Shown here: positions 1-20,302 of the stretch, piece by piece | Position numbering within the stretch: position 1 is the stretch's first letter | Layout: every line of letters begins with the position of its first letter | Assembly (NCBI RefSeq): GCF_009914755.1 | Contig: NC_060930.1 | DNA: 64,000 nt | Reading direction: 5' to 3' (one strand) | Source of the DNA: the human T2T-CHM13v2.0 reference genome, Homo sapiens | The notes under the pieces: model-generated | Told to the model about the DNA's origin: nothing | Databases searched by the model: none | The model's input: the letters and a program-made list of their open reading frames with translations, nothing else | Position numbers and translations under genes: made by a program

Positions 1-221
1 TAAAATTCACCGTAACACTACCAAAAAAAGGTTATGGGCTCAGTTAGATTCCTGGAGCATTGGAGACAGTCAGAATTTACTTAGGGTTGGTCTCACTCCT
101 GAAAACCTCAGGAAATGCTGGAGACGGTGCCTGGGGTTCTGTTTTACTGTGCCGAGTTGTGTCCCTACCCTGATGAGCTGTAAGTTCCATTATTGAGATC
201 TGTCTCATAAAATGACACTTG

Positions 222-582
222 GTTTTTTTTTTTGGTTTTGTTTGTTTGTTTGTTTGTTTTTTCTTTTTTCTTTTTTCTTTTTTTTTTTTTTTTGAGATAG
301 TCTCACTCTGTCGCCCAGGCTGGAGTGCAGTAGCACGATCTCAGCTCACTGCAACCTGCAACTTCTGCCTCCTGGGTTCAAGCGATTCTCCTGCTTTGGC
401 TTCCCAAGTAGCTGGGATTGCAGGCGTGCACCATCATGCCCAACTAATTTTTGTAGTTTTAGAAGAGATGAGGTTTTACCATGTTGGCCAGGCTGGTCTT
501 GAACTCTTGGCCTCAAGCAATCTGCCCACCTTGGTCTCTCAAAGAGTGCTGGGATTACAGGTGTGGCCCACCACACCCGGCC
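222..582 (-). mobile_element. Alu SINE
   Basis: Dimeric Alu with T-rich tail. Confidence 0.95.
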
Positions 583-1240
583 TTGGCTTTGGTTTTGGTT
601 TTGACCATGCCACAGCGGTAGTGGCTGTGGGGTGGAGAGGATGCCTGATTTTTAATTCTTATGAAGGTGCTTTCTTGTGTGGATAGTTCTGCAATCTGGT
701 ATTCCTGCAAGGGCAGTGGGGGTGATTGCTGGAGGGATCTATTTGGCTATCTTGCTCCACCTCCCTTAGAGGAGTTTGTCTTAATAAATAAACCCAGGAG
801 AAGATAAACATTGTTTGATTTTCCCAGATTTTATTGTGGATAAACTATTTTAATTTAATTATGGAATGAAATCTTGTATACTTGCATATTAGGGAATCAG
901 AAAGAGATCTGGAGCTTTGAAACTAAAACGCTTCACTCGTAAACTGACAATCAGATATCTTAGACCAAAATCTTCTTCAATATTAATTGGTACTTACAAA
1001 ATATCCTTTGAAAAAGGCTATATAGAGAAGCTGAATGTGTCTAGCGATTAAGACAGCATTTATTTATACTCTTATACTAGTTTACATATACTCTTATACT
1101 GGTTGAAATGTTTCTAATTGATTAGACACGTGGAATATTTGAGAGAGAACAGACATCAGGCAATGAGGTACAGCAGTTAAGAACAAGGTTAACTTGCCCA
1201 AGTTCTATCTTAACTTCATTTTCGTAGGTCTTGTTGGTGC

Positions 1241-1631
1241 TGATATGATTTGGGTCTGTGTCGCCACTCAAATCTTTTGTCAAATTGTAATCCTCGATGT
1301 TGGAGGAGAGGCCTGGTGGGAGGTGACTGGATCATGGGGGCATGGATTTCCCCCTTGCTGCTCTCGCCATAGTGAGTGAGTTCTCATGAGATCTGGTTGT
1401 TTAAAAGTGTGTAGCACCTCCCGCCTCTCTCTTCCTCCTGTTCTGGCCAGTGAAGATGTGCCTGCTTCCCTTTCCCCTTCTGCCATGATTGTGAATGTAA
1501 ATTTCCTTGAAGCCTCCCCAGCCATGCTTTCTGTACAGCCTGTGGCACCATGAGCCAATTAAACCTCTTTTCTTTATACATTACCCAGTCTCAGGTATTT
1601 CTTTATAGCAGTGTGAGAAAGGACTAATACA
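1241..1631 (+). mobile_element. MST-type (ERVL-MaLR) solo LTR
   Basis: TGATATGATTTGG start and GGACTAATACA end; typical MST internal motifs. Confidence 0.88.
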
Positions 1632-1639
1632 GTGGCCTA

Positions 1640-2180
1640 CCCAACATTCATCTCCCTCCTTCCTCTCTCCTAGTGAAGCCCTGATTTCGTTCTCCTCCAT
1701 GCCACTAGAGAAAGCTATTTCTCTAGTGCCAGGAATGAGTCTTGATTTATCTAAACCAATCAAAGCAGGCTTATCCTCCTCTTCAGCTATTGAAATGTGA
1801 GACATATCAGTCCAGGAAGACACATACAGGGGGATTTTCCCAAGAGTTTCTAGGACAGTTCCTCTAAGAGAATTTCCAGAAGTAATTCCCTCTCTTAGGC
1901 TTACCATGGAAAAGAAAGCAAAGAACTTTGACTACTGTTGACAGCCACTCCTCAACCATGAGGAGAGCTAGGCTTAGGATGCAGTCCACACTGCCTATGG
2001 CAGAGCAGAAAGATAGAAAGAGCCTGAAGTCCTTCTTATAGACCAACTATCCACCAACTTTAAAGCCTATTCTGCCTTTGGATTTCTTGTGAGCTATGTG
2101 AGCCAATAAATGACCTTCTCATTTAAGCCAGTTTGAGTTGGGTTTTCCATTACTTGCAGCCAAAAACAACCTCACTGTTA
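1640..2180 (+). mobile_element. Old MLT1 (J/K-like) MaLR LTR
   Basis: 3' end GAGCCAATAAAT..TTTAAGCCAGTTTGAGTTGGGTTTTC..TTACTTGCAGCCAAAA. Confidence 0.7.
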
Positions 2181-2189
2181 GGCTCTTTA

Positions 2190-2310
2190 AATCCTATCTC
2201 TTAGGTATGTTGGGAGGAATAAATTTGATATGAAGTGCTTAGCATAATGCCTGCATCATATAAGTGCTTAATCAATGCTTAATCAATGGGCACTATGATT
2301 ATCTAACCAC
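2190..2310 (+). mobile_element. MIR fragment
   Basis: AAGTGCTTAGCATAATGCCTG..TAAGTGCTTAATCAATG core/3' motif. Confidence 0.6.
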
Positions 2311-3030
2311 TCATGTTATAGATTATTTGCCCAAGTTAACATAGACTTCCTCTGAATGGTCTGTGGATTAGTCTAAATGCATCAAACCAGAGAGAAGGCC
2401 AGGGCAAAAGTCAGGTCATTGAGTCAGGAAGGCTGATGACACAAGGACCAAGATCCGAGAGGCAGAAAAATGTCAAAGCCGGAACAAAAGGCTAGTTAGA
2501 CAGGGCTGGAAGCAGACACCTTGAAGGTGGAGCAGGGATGGGCCAGGGTGGATCTCCCAGTCACCGGGCTCCCACATGGCAATTTCACCCCATCCTAATA
2601 GGCCCAGGCTGGAGTCCTAAATGAAAGACCGTGTGACACAGCATGTTAGTAGCAGAATCTAGTTAAGCACTGAGATCTTACTCAGTCCAGCACCCTTTCC
2701 ACTACACCAAATTTAATTCCATTGCATGGGCGTTTGTTTTTATTACATTCAGAGGACTCCTAAGTTACCTGAAATCACAGAATGTAAGAGGCAAAGTACT
2801 CACTCCCCACTTCAAAGTAAGTTTAGTGGCTATCCTTGGGTAGAGGGAGACGAGCTGTGACTTTACTATCTACTTTGTGTGTATTAGGGTTGAAGTCTTT
2901 ACAAAGCATGATGTTTCTTTTTATATATGAAGGAAACTGGACCTTTTGTTTAATAAGCCTTCAGTTGTCCCTGCTCCTGCCCCTTCTAATCAGGACAAGT
3001 GGTTGATTGATGAAGAGCTACTCCTTTTTT

Positions 3031-3082
3031 CATACACACACACACACACTCATACACACACACATGCACACACGCAAACACA
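3031..3082. repeat. Imperfect (CA)n microsatellite
   Basis: Read directly. Confidence 0.9.
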
Positions 3083-4152
3083 GATTTTCTGTCCAAAGCC
3101 CAGGCAGCATTTCTAGATGTGGCCCTTTGGGAGTAACATGCTTTCCCAGTCCTTCCACCTCCATACACTTTTCCTCACCCTCCTGGACAGCCAGAGCACT
3201 CTAGAGCAGATATGCAAAAAGTCAGCTCAAATAGACCAAGTAGTGCCGAACTGTCCCAAAGCACACGCACCACGGGAGGGTGACCCTGCTGCTCCAGAAT
3301 AAACATGCTCATCTCTCTCTGCGCTCCTTCTTCCGTTGAACAGGGCCCTGGGTGCACTCCACTCACTGACATTATGGCCACAGGGCCAGCCCTGTTCACT
3401 ATGGGGATGTTGGAGGGCAGGTGGTCTTGTATCCCTATCCTGGGCCCTTTTCCTCGACTGATGGGACATTTTCCCACCTGTCTGCTCCCATCAACACACC
3501 GTCCTACTTGGTATTTCCTGGCCTCCCCCATTTTCCTCTCAGCTTTTCACGCCCTGCTTTCTGGAAAGAACCTAATGTGTTCAATCCCACAGAGCTGCAA
3601 ATGGTAAATCAGAAGGAAAGTAGCGAGAACAAATTGTATACCTTGGCACTGAGTGTCTCTGGGGGAAAAATACAAGCAGACCCAGTCACCAACCACAGTA
3701 CGAGATTGTGATGGGAATCACGCAAGTTTCCTGACACACACAGTGTCTTAATATCTACCAGTAAGACTCATTCCCAGATCTTGGTGGCACGCTGGTGACA
3801 GAAAGTCTCCCTAGAAAGGTCACATATAAGCTGTCTCATACGAACCCTAAGAAATAATCCTGGAGTCTAGGATTCTTGTGAGGGTTAACTGAGATAACGC
3901 ATGGAAAAAAAAAAAAAAAAAAAAAAACAGAATGAAACCAGAATGTCCCAAAGCAAGCTACCCAAAGTCAAGTTCATATTTTCATCCCCCAGCCAACTGG
4001 GTAATTCTCCTGGTTTGGTTTGGCCTCCCAAAGTGCTAAGAGGATTATAGGCATGAGCCACCGTGCCCAGCCCCTGAGAACATTTTTAATAGCCAGAAGC
4101 CATATCTTTAGCACCATTTTGCTTTCAGAAGTAACCCAAATTGAAACATTAG

Positions 4153-4491
<339 letters not shown>

Positions 4492-5686
4492 TAAATACAC
4501 GGGGAAGCAGAAACCCTTGGTTGGTCTGAGTCAACTGGGCAGCTCGCTGACAAAGAAAGCTTTATTTCCTGGGTTAATGGTACCAACCCCTCCCAGCAAT
4601 GGGAAGATGCCAGTCGGGGAGGGCATTCCCCACAGGCAAAGCCTCAGGCGCTATTTTGAGCAGGCCTTCTAGAGGCTGAGTCTAGACTTGAGGTTGCTGA
4701 AGGTTTCTGCTTATTCTGAAAGATGATCTAACCTAAGATAAATGCCAGGTATCTGTGGTCCAAATTTCCCCACTGTGCTTTCTCTGCCTAGAACCAGCCA
4801 GGGGATGCTGATGGTTCAGTGACTGTAGAAAAGCCAGCTTTAAGACTCTTAATTACTAGTTTAAATAACATGGTACAACTGGCTTTGGTAACATGATATA
4901 TTTTATTGGGTTTGTTCATACACATGACAAACAGAAGCTGAGGTTTATGTGCCTAAAAGATACCTATTTTAGGCCCTGTGATTTGGAATTATTGGGGGAC
5001 GGGGGCAGGGGGACAGTAGTGGCTTTCTAATGTCCACCCTTCAAGGCCTGAGGGTGGCTGACAGGCACAGCAAAGATGTTTCCATGCCGGAGCCTGCCAG
5101 GTCATCCAGTGTGTTGGGATTTTCACTAATTCGTACCAAACCTGCCCGTGTCCCCATGCTAATTTATGGGACTAACCTGTGATGAGTTTGGGTGTCCCAT
5201 AATAAAATGTCACGTGATGATATATGAGGGAAAATAACGACTTGTGATTTTTGATATTCAGAAACACTTATCCTTTCCCGAAACAGGAAGACGGCTGTGC
5301 TTTCCTACAGCTCTGGAGCCGCCGGGTTTCTAAGCTCTTTTGTGCCTTTGAACATTTTTGTCTGAGAACTTGGCAGCAGAAGGCCTGGCTTCAATGGGAG
5401 AACCTGGGAGCCCAAGTGCACAGACTTCCCGAAACAGGGAAACAAAGAGAGCTGAGGCCTACACGGCTTGGCTGGCTTTCTACATCAATGGAGGTGTTTG
5501 CGGGCTGATCGAAAGGGCAATGGAAAAACCTCAGACCCTGGAGTGCCAGCTTCCTAGGGCTGCTGTAACAAAGTACCAAAACTGGGTGCTTTAAAGCTAT
5601 AGGAAATCATTCTATCACAGTTCTGAAAATAAGAAGTCGGAAATCAAGGTGTCGGCAGGGCTCCTCGCGTTCTGAAGGCTCTAAGC

Positions 5687-6198
5687 CGGCGGTCCCCAAC
5701 CTTTTTGGCACCAGCGACCAGTTTTGTGGGAGATAATTTTTCCACAGATGGAGGGTGGGGGTCGTTTCAGGAGGATTGAAGCACATTACATTTATTGTGC
5801 ACGTTATTTCTATTATTATTACGTTGTAATATAATATATAATGAAATAATTATATGACTCATCATAATGTAGAATCAGTGGGAGCCCTGAGCTTGTTTTC
5901 CTGCAACTAGATGGTCCCATCTGGTGGGGGTGAGAGACAGTGACAGGTCATCAGGCATTAGATTCTCATAAGGAACACGCAACCTAGATCCCTCACATGC
6001 ACCGTTCACAATAGGGTTCACACTCATAGAGTACCCAGTGCTGCCACTGATCTGACAGGAGGTAGAGCTCAGGCGGTAACATGGGCCATGGGGAGCAGCT
6101 GTAAATACAGATGAAGCTTCGCTCCACCGCCCGCCGCTCACCTCCTGCTGTGTGGCCCAGTTCCTAATAGGCCATGGACCAGGGCTTGGGGACCCCTG
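5687..6198. mobile_element. MER1A hAT-Charlie DNA transposon (non-autonomous)
   Basis: TIRs GGTCCCCAAC / TTGGGGACCCCTG; internal MER1A sequence; degenerate 8-bp TSD CTCTAAGC/CTCCATGC. Confidence 0.88.
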
Positions 6199-6489
6199 CT
6201 CCATGCCTTTCCCTTGCCCCCTGGTGTTGCTGGCCATCCTTCACCGTGCCTGGCTTGTGACACGTGGCTCCCAGCTCTGTCTCTGTTGTCACACGGCCTT
6301 CTCCTTGTGTGTTTTCACATTGTCTTCCCGCTGTGCCCATCCCTTCCCATGTCTCTTCTTATAAGGACACCAGATGCTTTGGACTAGGGGACCCATCCAC
6401 ATTAGTATGACTTCATCTTACCTGATTACTACTGCAACAACCCTATTTCCAAATAAGGTCACATTCTGAGTTACTGGGGGTCAAGACTA

Positions 6490-7130
<641 letters not shown>

Positions 7131-8032
7131 GACTTCAACATATCTTTTGAGGGACAGCCACCCACCCACCCAAGAAGATACAGGGCAGTCAACAGGGACA
7201 GAGGTGCCAGGTCTACCAGCTACATCCTCCAGTGACAGGAAACAGTGGGAGGAGAGACCCAACTGTTCCCACAGGATTAGACACCCCCAAATTAGTCCTC
7301 TAATGACTTGGCCATTTGATACTGAAATTTGCATGAGGCACTTCCCAAACAACCTTCACACAGGCGGAGAGGGTTAGTCAGGGTGGTCATTTGCCCTCCT
7401 CCCTTAGAAAACAAAAGCTGGCTAGTTAGCAGAGAGCTCTCTTGGGGGTAATGCTGGCCAGGCCAGGAAGTGGTCCTAAAAGCCAGCACAGTTCCCAGAT
7501 TGGAAAAAGCCTGGGAGGGCACAGTCCAGCTGGGACTCAGCCTAACTGATGTCTCTCCTCGGCTCCCACATCAGGGCCACAGACAGGTTTAACAGGAACC
7601 GTCCTTTGCCCACTCATGTTGTTCATGCACGTACTGTCTGTGGAGGGGACACCCACGTTTCTACTTCTTAATGGCGGTCCCTGTCCTTTACCCCAGCCCC
7701 CCAGATCACATGACAAGGCTGAAGGCTGACAGCCTTCTCCAAAAACGGGCTCCTTTGGCACCGTCTCCTCTGCAGCCCTTTACTGCCCTTCCTTCCCCAC
7801 ACGGTCCTCAGTTTGGAAACACTGTGTTCTACCACTATTAATAATACATAGAGAGAGAGCCCATCTCCAAGGAGCTCCAAGGGCTTCACAGGCATTATCT
7901 AATTAGCCCTCACCACATCCCAGTGAGGCTTAGCAAAAGCCCTTCTCCAGCAAAACCATAAGGGAAAACTGCATGCAGGGTCAGAGCTGCTAAGAGACAG
8001 AGGTATCATCAGGTTGTCTGGGAGGGCAGAGG

Positions 8033-8130
8033 CCCCAGCACTTACCCTGGAGGTAGGGGAAGATCATTTGAGCACAGGAGTTCGAATCCAACCTGGGCAA
8101 CATAGTGAGACACTATCTAAAAAAAAAAAT
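8033..8130 (+). mobile_element. FLAM/Alu monomer fragment
   Basis: GAGTTCGAATCCAACCTGGGCAACATAGTGAGAC plus A tail. Confidence 0.75.
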
Positions 8131-8309
8131 TTTTTTTTTTAAGATTCCTTGCTTAGAGATTCATAGCTAGTAAATTTCAATCACACTCCATCCTAGATGT
8201 TCTGACTCAGAGATAGTGGTCTTTCCAGTTCACCAGAGCTACTCCATTCTCTTGTAATGATTTCAGAAGCATAGCCACGACTATTTGCTGATTAGCAGCC
8301 ATTCTTGCT

Positions 8310-9020
<711 letters not shown>

Positions 9021-9445
9021 TGAGTAGGAATAAATCTATCCTAGCTCTGAGGGATGGACCCTAATTGGCATATATCAATCAATTTAAAGTTACCTCCTCC
9101 TCTGCCGCAGTAATTGGTTCATGTATGGATAATAATCTAGACCCAAACCAATTAACTTGTAGTATTTGCTTCAGGGATGAGCCCATCAGTGACAAAGTAC
9201 AAACTGTTGGCCGATTATGGAGAGCAGCGCTTTCTCCCCTTTCAGGGTAAGCCCCAGTTGCTGCAGGCGATGATCTTGCAGAGGAAGGAAGCCTGCTGAA
9301 AACAAAGGTGAACCACAGGTGGTGGAGGGGGGTGGGGGCAGTCTGCAAATTGTAGACACACAGAGCCCTGCCTGAAGCCCACAGTCAGTTGTGGACCTTT
9401 CAGAAAGGAACCAGTAATGGCCCTTAATTCTCTAAGCCAGACTGA

Positions 9446-10265
<820 letters not shown>

Positions 10266-11218
10266 TCATTTTAAACAACTCCTGCCTCGGAATACTAACC
10301 TGCTTGACATAGAGATATAAATCTGTATGTATTTCTACAATCAGTGCTCCATCTTTTTGGGGCTTGACATTTTGAATTTTGTTAGGTTGCAAATATTTGT
10401 GAGAAAGGCAACAGAAGTGAATTTTAGAGTCAGAAAGGAATTGTTAAAACATCCGATCTAACTGCCTCATTTTATAAATGAGGGACTCAGGAGCAGAAAG
10501 GTGAAGTCACTTACGCTGGGCAATAAGCATTCTGTTTCCTACTGACCTCCGACCCCACGGACTTAAATTGTGCTGTGTCAGAGTTGTCCTGGGCTTAAAA
10601 GGAGATAACATACATTGAGCTTCCAGCACACTGGCTGACATACTGTTGATAATCAACAATTGCTGCCTTGTTTTTATCAGTCACTCACATTTTAGTATAG
10701 AAGTGGAGGGCAGGGGGCTGATAAATAATGGACACTCTCCTCATGGGCTGTTATAGTGAAAGAACCCACCTTGAGCAGAGAAGCAGCCAGGACTTTGAGC
10801 TTGACCCATGACTGTCAGCAGAGGTGGGCGGGTTCGACTCCTGCGTGTGCCTGTGGCCACTCAGGGGTGAGTTGCCAAGCATATTTTGTATCTTGAGTTC
10901 ATCCTCGCAAGAATTCAGCACTTGTAACTGTGCCCAGGAGTTACAAGTTACAAGGAGACCAGGAGCTCTGTAAGAAGCCGAGAAAGGTTTTTTTGCTGAA
11001 ATTCTAAGAAACACAGGGGCACTAGCTGCCCAGATTGGGCACCCTACAAGAGGATAGAGCATGGAGGAGGCCAGGTACCTACCTCCACCTTCTCCACAGA
11101 GAGCGGCAAAGCATGGACACCCGGGGGCCTTGGCACCTTAGTGGCGACAAGGCAGAGCTGTCACTGAGTAAAGACAGGCTTGTGGGTAGTGGCTGGAGGA
11201 CAAGAATGAGCCTTCTTA

Positions 11219-11560
<342 letters not shown>

Positions 11561-11757
11561 TTAGGGGACCAGTGGTCCCGGTGAACCTGCGAGGACAATG
11601 GCCCATGACATTTCAGTGGCTGCAGTAACAGAGATCCATGTCCACCACTGGCTACAAAAGCCTGGGAGACAGACACAGGCCACAGGGCACATACGATGAC
11701 TGACTTAGATCCTTGCCCCAGCCCTGACCCAATAACCGCAGCAAGAACGCAGCATCT

Positions 11758-12118
<361 letters not shown>

Positions 12119-12239
12119 TCAAAGGGAACCCCAGGCCACCAGAATCAACTGTGCTCATTTAGTGTTTTGTTGAAAGCCAGCCCTGGAGAATGCTTTTGTT
12201 TGTTTTGGGTTCTGGTGTTCTTAAGTCTTGCTTAAATGA

Positions 12240-12621
<382 letters not shown>

Positions 12622-13038
12622 TCCCTTGCTTTTTTTCAAAGCAGTGACTCTCACCTAAAATTCAGTTGGACCACATATATTCATCCAAAAAGCATAGGCT
12701 TCTGTGTAGATTTAGAAATTGCAAGATATGCCTTCATCTTATCAGCTGTACAGTTGTAGGTTATCTCCTGTTCTCTTTATTTATTAACTGGAGATAACAC
12801 AACCCCTACTGTACCCTATGCACCCCACAGTGCTGTTTGCAAGGATTAAGTGAGATCATGGAAAGGGGAGGAGTTTTATCAGATGCTAAAGAACTGAACA
12901 CCTTCAAAATTCTTATTATTCCAACGGTTCTCTTAAGTTGGTGATTAGAAGCTGACAAGCTCCTTCCAAATGAAGCCGTAGTCTCCTGACCTCACCACCT
13001 CAAAGAACAAGGCAGCAGCCCTCTCTTTCTCTAACATA

Positions 13039-13675
<637 letters not shown>

Positions 13676-14152
13676 TACAAACACAGTTTTTTAAGAGACA
13701 AATTTATAAGATTTATCTGATCACCACTTTGCTCAAGCAAATCATTTTTCCAATCTATATTCAGTAGCAGCTGTAGCAACTGCAAAATGACTTACTGTTC
13801 ATAACACTTTGCTTTGGCGACAGGAAGGAAATTAGACAAACTGTAAAGGTCTCCATATTTCATTCCATATTTATGTAAAAACCCAAAACACAATAATCCT
13901 TTGCGGTTGTTCCTGGTGTCACATGGGCCAGAGAATCGTGGAGTGAAGGAATTGGCAAAGCCAGCAAGTTGGTGATCAGAGGGCAGCTCCAGAGAGAGAG
14001 AGTTACCAAGCACAAGGGGCAGGGGGAGCTTGGCAAAGGGCCAGCCATAGGTCAGGGTGGCCATCACCCTACCCTCACGCCACCTATGTCCATACACAGA
14101 CACCCACTGTCCACTCTCTTCCCTCTCAGCTCCTTCTCTTAGGAAAGGTTCT

Positions 14153-14856
<704 letters not shown>

Positions 14857-14896
14857 TAAAGGTATTTCCATTTTTACCCTTATCACTGTTTAAATA

Positions 14897-15606
<710 letters not shown>

Positions 15607-15612
<6 letters not shown>

Positions 15613-15648
15613 AGAAAGAAAGAAAAGAAAGAAAGAAAGAAAGAAGGA

Positions 15649-15703
<55 letters not shown>

Positions 15704-15710
15704 GAGAGAG

Positions 15711-15769
<59 letters not shown>

Positions 15770-15799
15770 AAAAAGAAAGAAGGAAGGAAAGAAGGAAGG
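15607..15799. repeat. (GAAA)n/(GGAA)n microsatellite derived from an Alu tail
   Basis: Read directly. Confidence 0.95.
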
Positions 15800-15899
15800 C
15801 ACTCCAGTTTGCTTCTCCTGCCAGTTCATCATTACTCCACCAACTCCATGTTGCAGTCACACTCAACATGCCGGGCATGTGGTGACCAACAGTTCTGCA

Positions 15900-16072
15900 C
15901 CTTGACCACAGTGGTAGTTAACAATGTCTGTTTCATGGTATTGATGTTGTAACGTAGTTATGCAAGATGCCACATTGGGAGAGGATGGAGGATGGGTGCC
16001 TAGCACCTCCCTGTATATATATATATTTTTTTTACAACTTCCTGTGACTCTACCATTATTTCAAAATAAAAT
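15900..16072 (+). mobile_element. L1M (L1MC-like) 3' end
   Basis: GTTATGCAAGATG..TTTTACAACTTCCTGTGA..ATTTCAAAATAAAA. Confidence 0.7.
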
Positions 16073-16076
16073 GATT

Positions 16077-17529
<1,453 letters not shown>

Positions 17530-17539
17530 TTATCATACT

Positions 17540-18375
<836 letters not shown>

Positions 18376-18379
18376 AACC

Positions 18380-18490
18380 GTGTGTTTTACTTTTTGTATC
18401 TTGATGCTTTGAGATCTGGGGCCTTGCTGACTCTGAAGGGACTACTCCTCCCAGGATTAGCCAATTCCTAGAGACAATAAACAAGCTCAA
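18380..18490 (+). mobile_element. ERV1 LTR fragment (MER39-like)
   Basis: GATGCTTTGAGATCTGGGGCCTTGCTGAC..TAGCCAATTCCTAGAGA. Confidence 0.55.
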
Positions 18491-19153
18491 GTTCTAACTC
18501 CTTAGGATAGAATTCAAGACCCCCTCCAATTAGGCCTCAGTCTAACTTCCTACCTTCCCTCTCTCTAGCCCCTCTACAAACTGCTCCAACGGTTTAGCCA
18601 ATTTCCTGTTCTCCAAAGACACCTCGCAATTACTCTTTACTGGATCTCTTGCTCACCTTTCAAAGTCCAACCTGAGCCCTGGCTCCTCCGTGTTCCTCCA
18701 TGCTCCTCCGTGAAGCCATTCCCATTCATAGGGATGCATGTCCTTTCTGAATCCTGTCTCACAGCATTCATCCTCTGTACCAGTCCCTTTATTGCTTGGT
18801 TATACAACAGATCTACCTATGTTGTTAATTAGATTCTGAAGATTAAAGCTCTAAGGAACTTTAAGAGATTATTTTGTTCAACACCCTTAATTTGAGGCGA
18901 GGAAACCAGGCCTGAGCGATTACTGGCCCAAGGTCCCAGCACTCATTAATGGCAGGGGAAGGAATAGAAGCCACAAACCCATTTCTACTTTATTCTCTCT
19001 CTTTAACACCAGGTTGCCTCTATTCAGCTATTTTAAATGTGTTAGTCTTGTCCCTGGCAGAGTTTTGAAGCTATATTAGGGTAGGCAAGGACTACATCTT
19101 AAGTCGCTTGTATCCTGACAACATCCAGCAATGTCTTAGTAAATCTATGTTGA

Positions 19154-19832
<679 letters not shown>

Positions 19833-20207
19833 GAAATTTTTCTTAAGAATAAAACGTTTTTCTCCTCTTTTAATACAGAATACCTTTCTTATGAGTTTTC
19901 TAAAAGTACGTTAAGCAAACCAAAACAAAAGGAGGTGGGTAATGTACCTGAAGAAACTTAGCCAATTCAATTTTTGCAACCTCAGAAGCATGTTCCATTT
20001 ACTTCTTGGAACTAACTGTGGTCCCACCATAAATTGAACCAGATACACTTGTTCTAATGTTATCTCAACTTTGCAGGCAGATTGTAACCCAGGGTTGGTT
20101 TAGTTCATCTATTTCCTAGTCCATTAATCCACTGCTCTTGCTGTCTCAGCCGTGTGGGCATTCTTTCAGTTGGAACATACAGAGGCTGCTTTCTCCTCCA
20201 AAAGCTT

Positions 20208-20302
20208 GAAAGCAACAAAGCAAGAAAGAGAGAAAAAGCAAGAAAGCAAGAAACTGAGAAAAAGCAAGAAAGCAAAAAAGCAAGAAAGGGAAAGCAAGCA
20301 AA
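20208..20302. repeat. Degenerate (AAAGCAAG)n tandem/low-complexity repeat
   Basis: Read directly. Confidence 0.8.

Noticed and set aside
168-215. CTGATGAG hammerhead-like core (also at 14981)
   Set aside because: No suitably placed GAAA or closing stems; the second is ordinary MER30 sequence
5178-5225. Two GTGATGA C-box motifs as a possible C/D snoRNA
   Set aside because: No properly spaced CTGA D box or terminal stem
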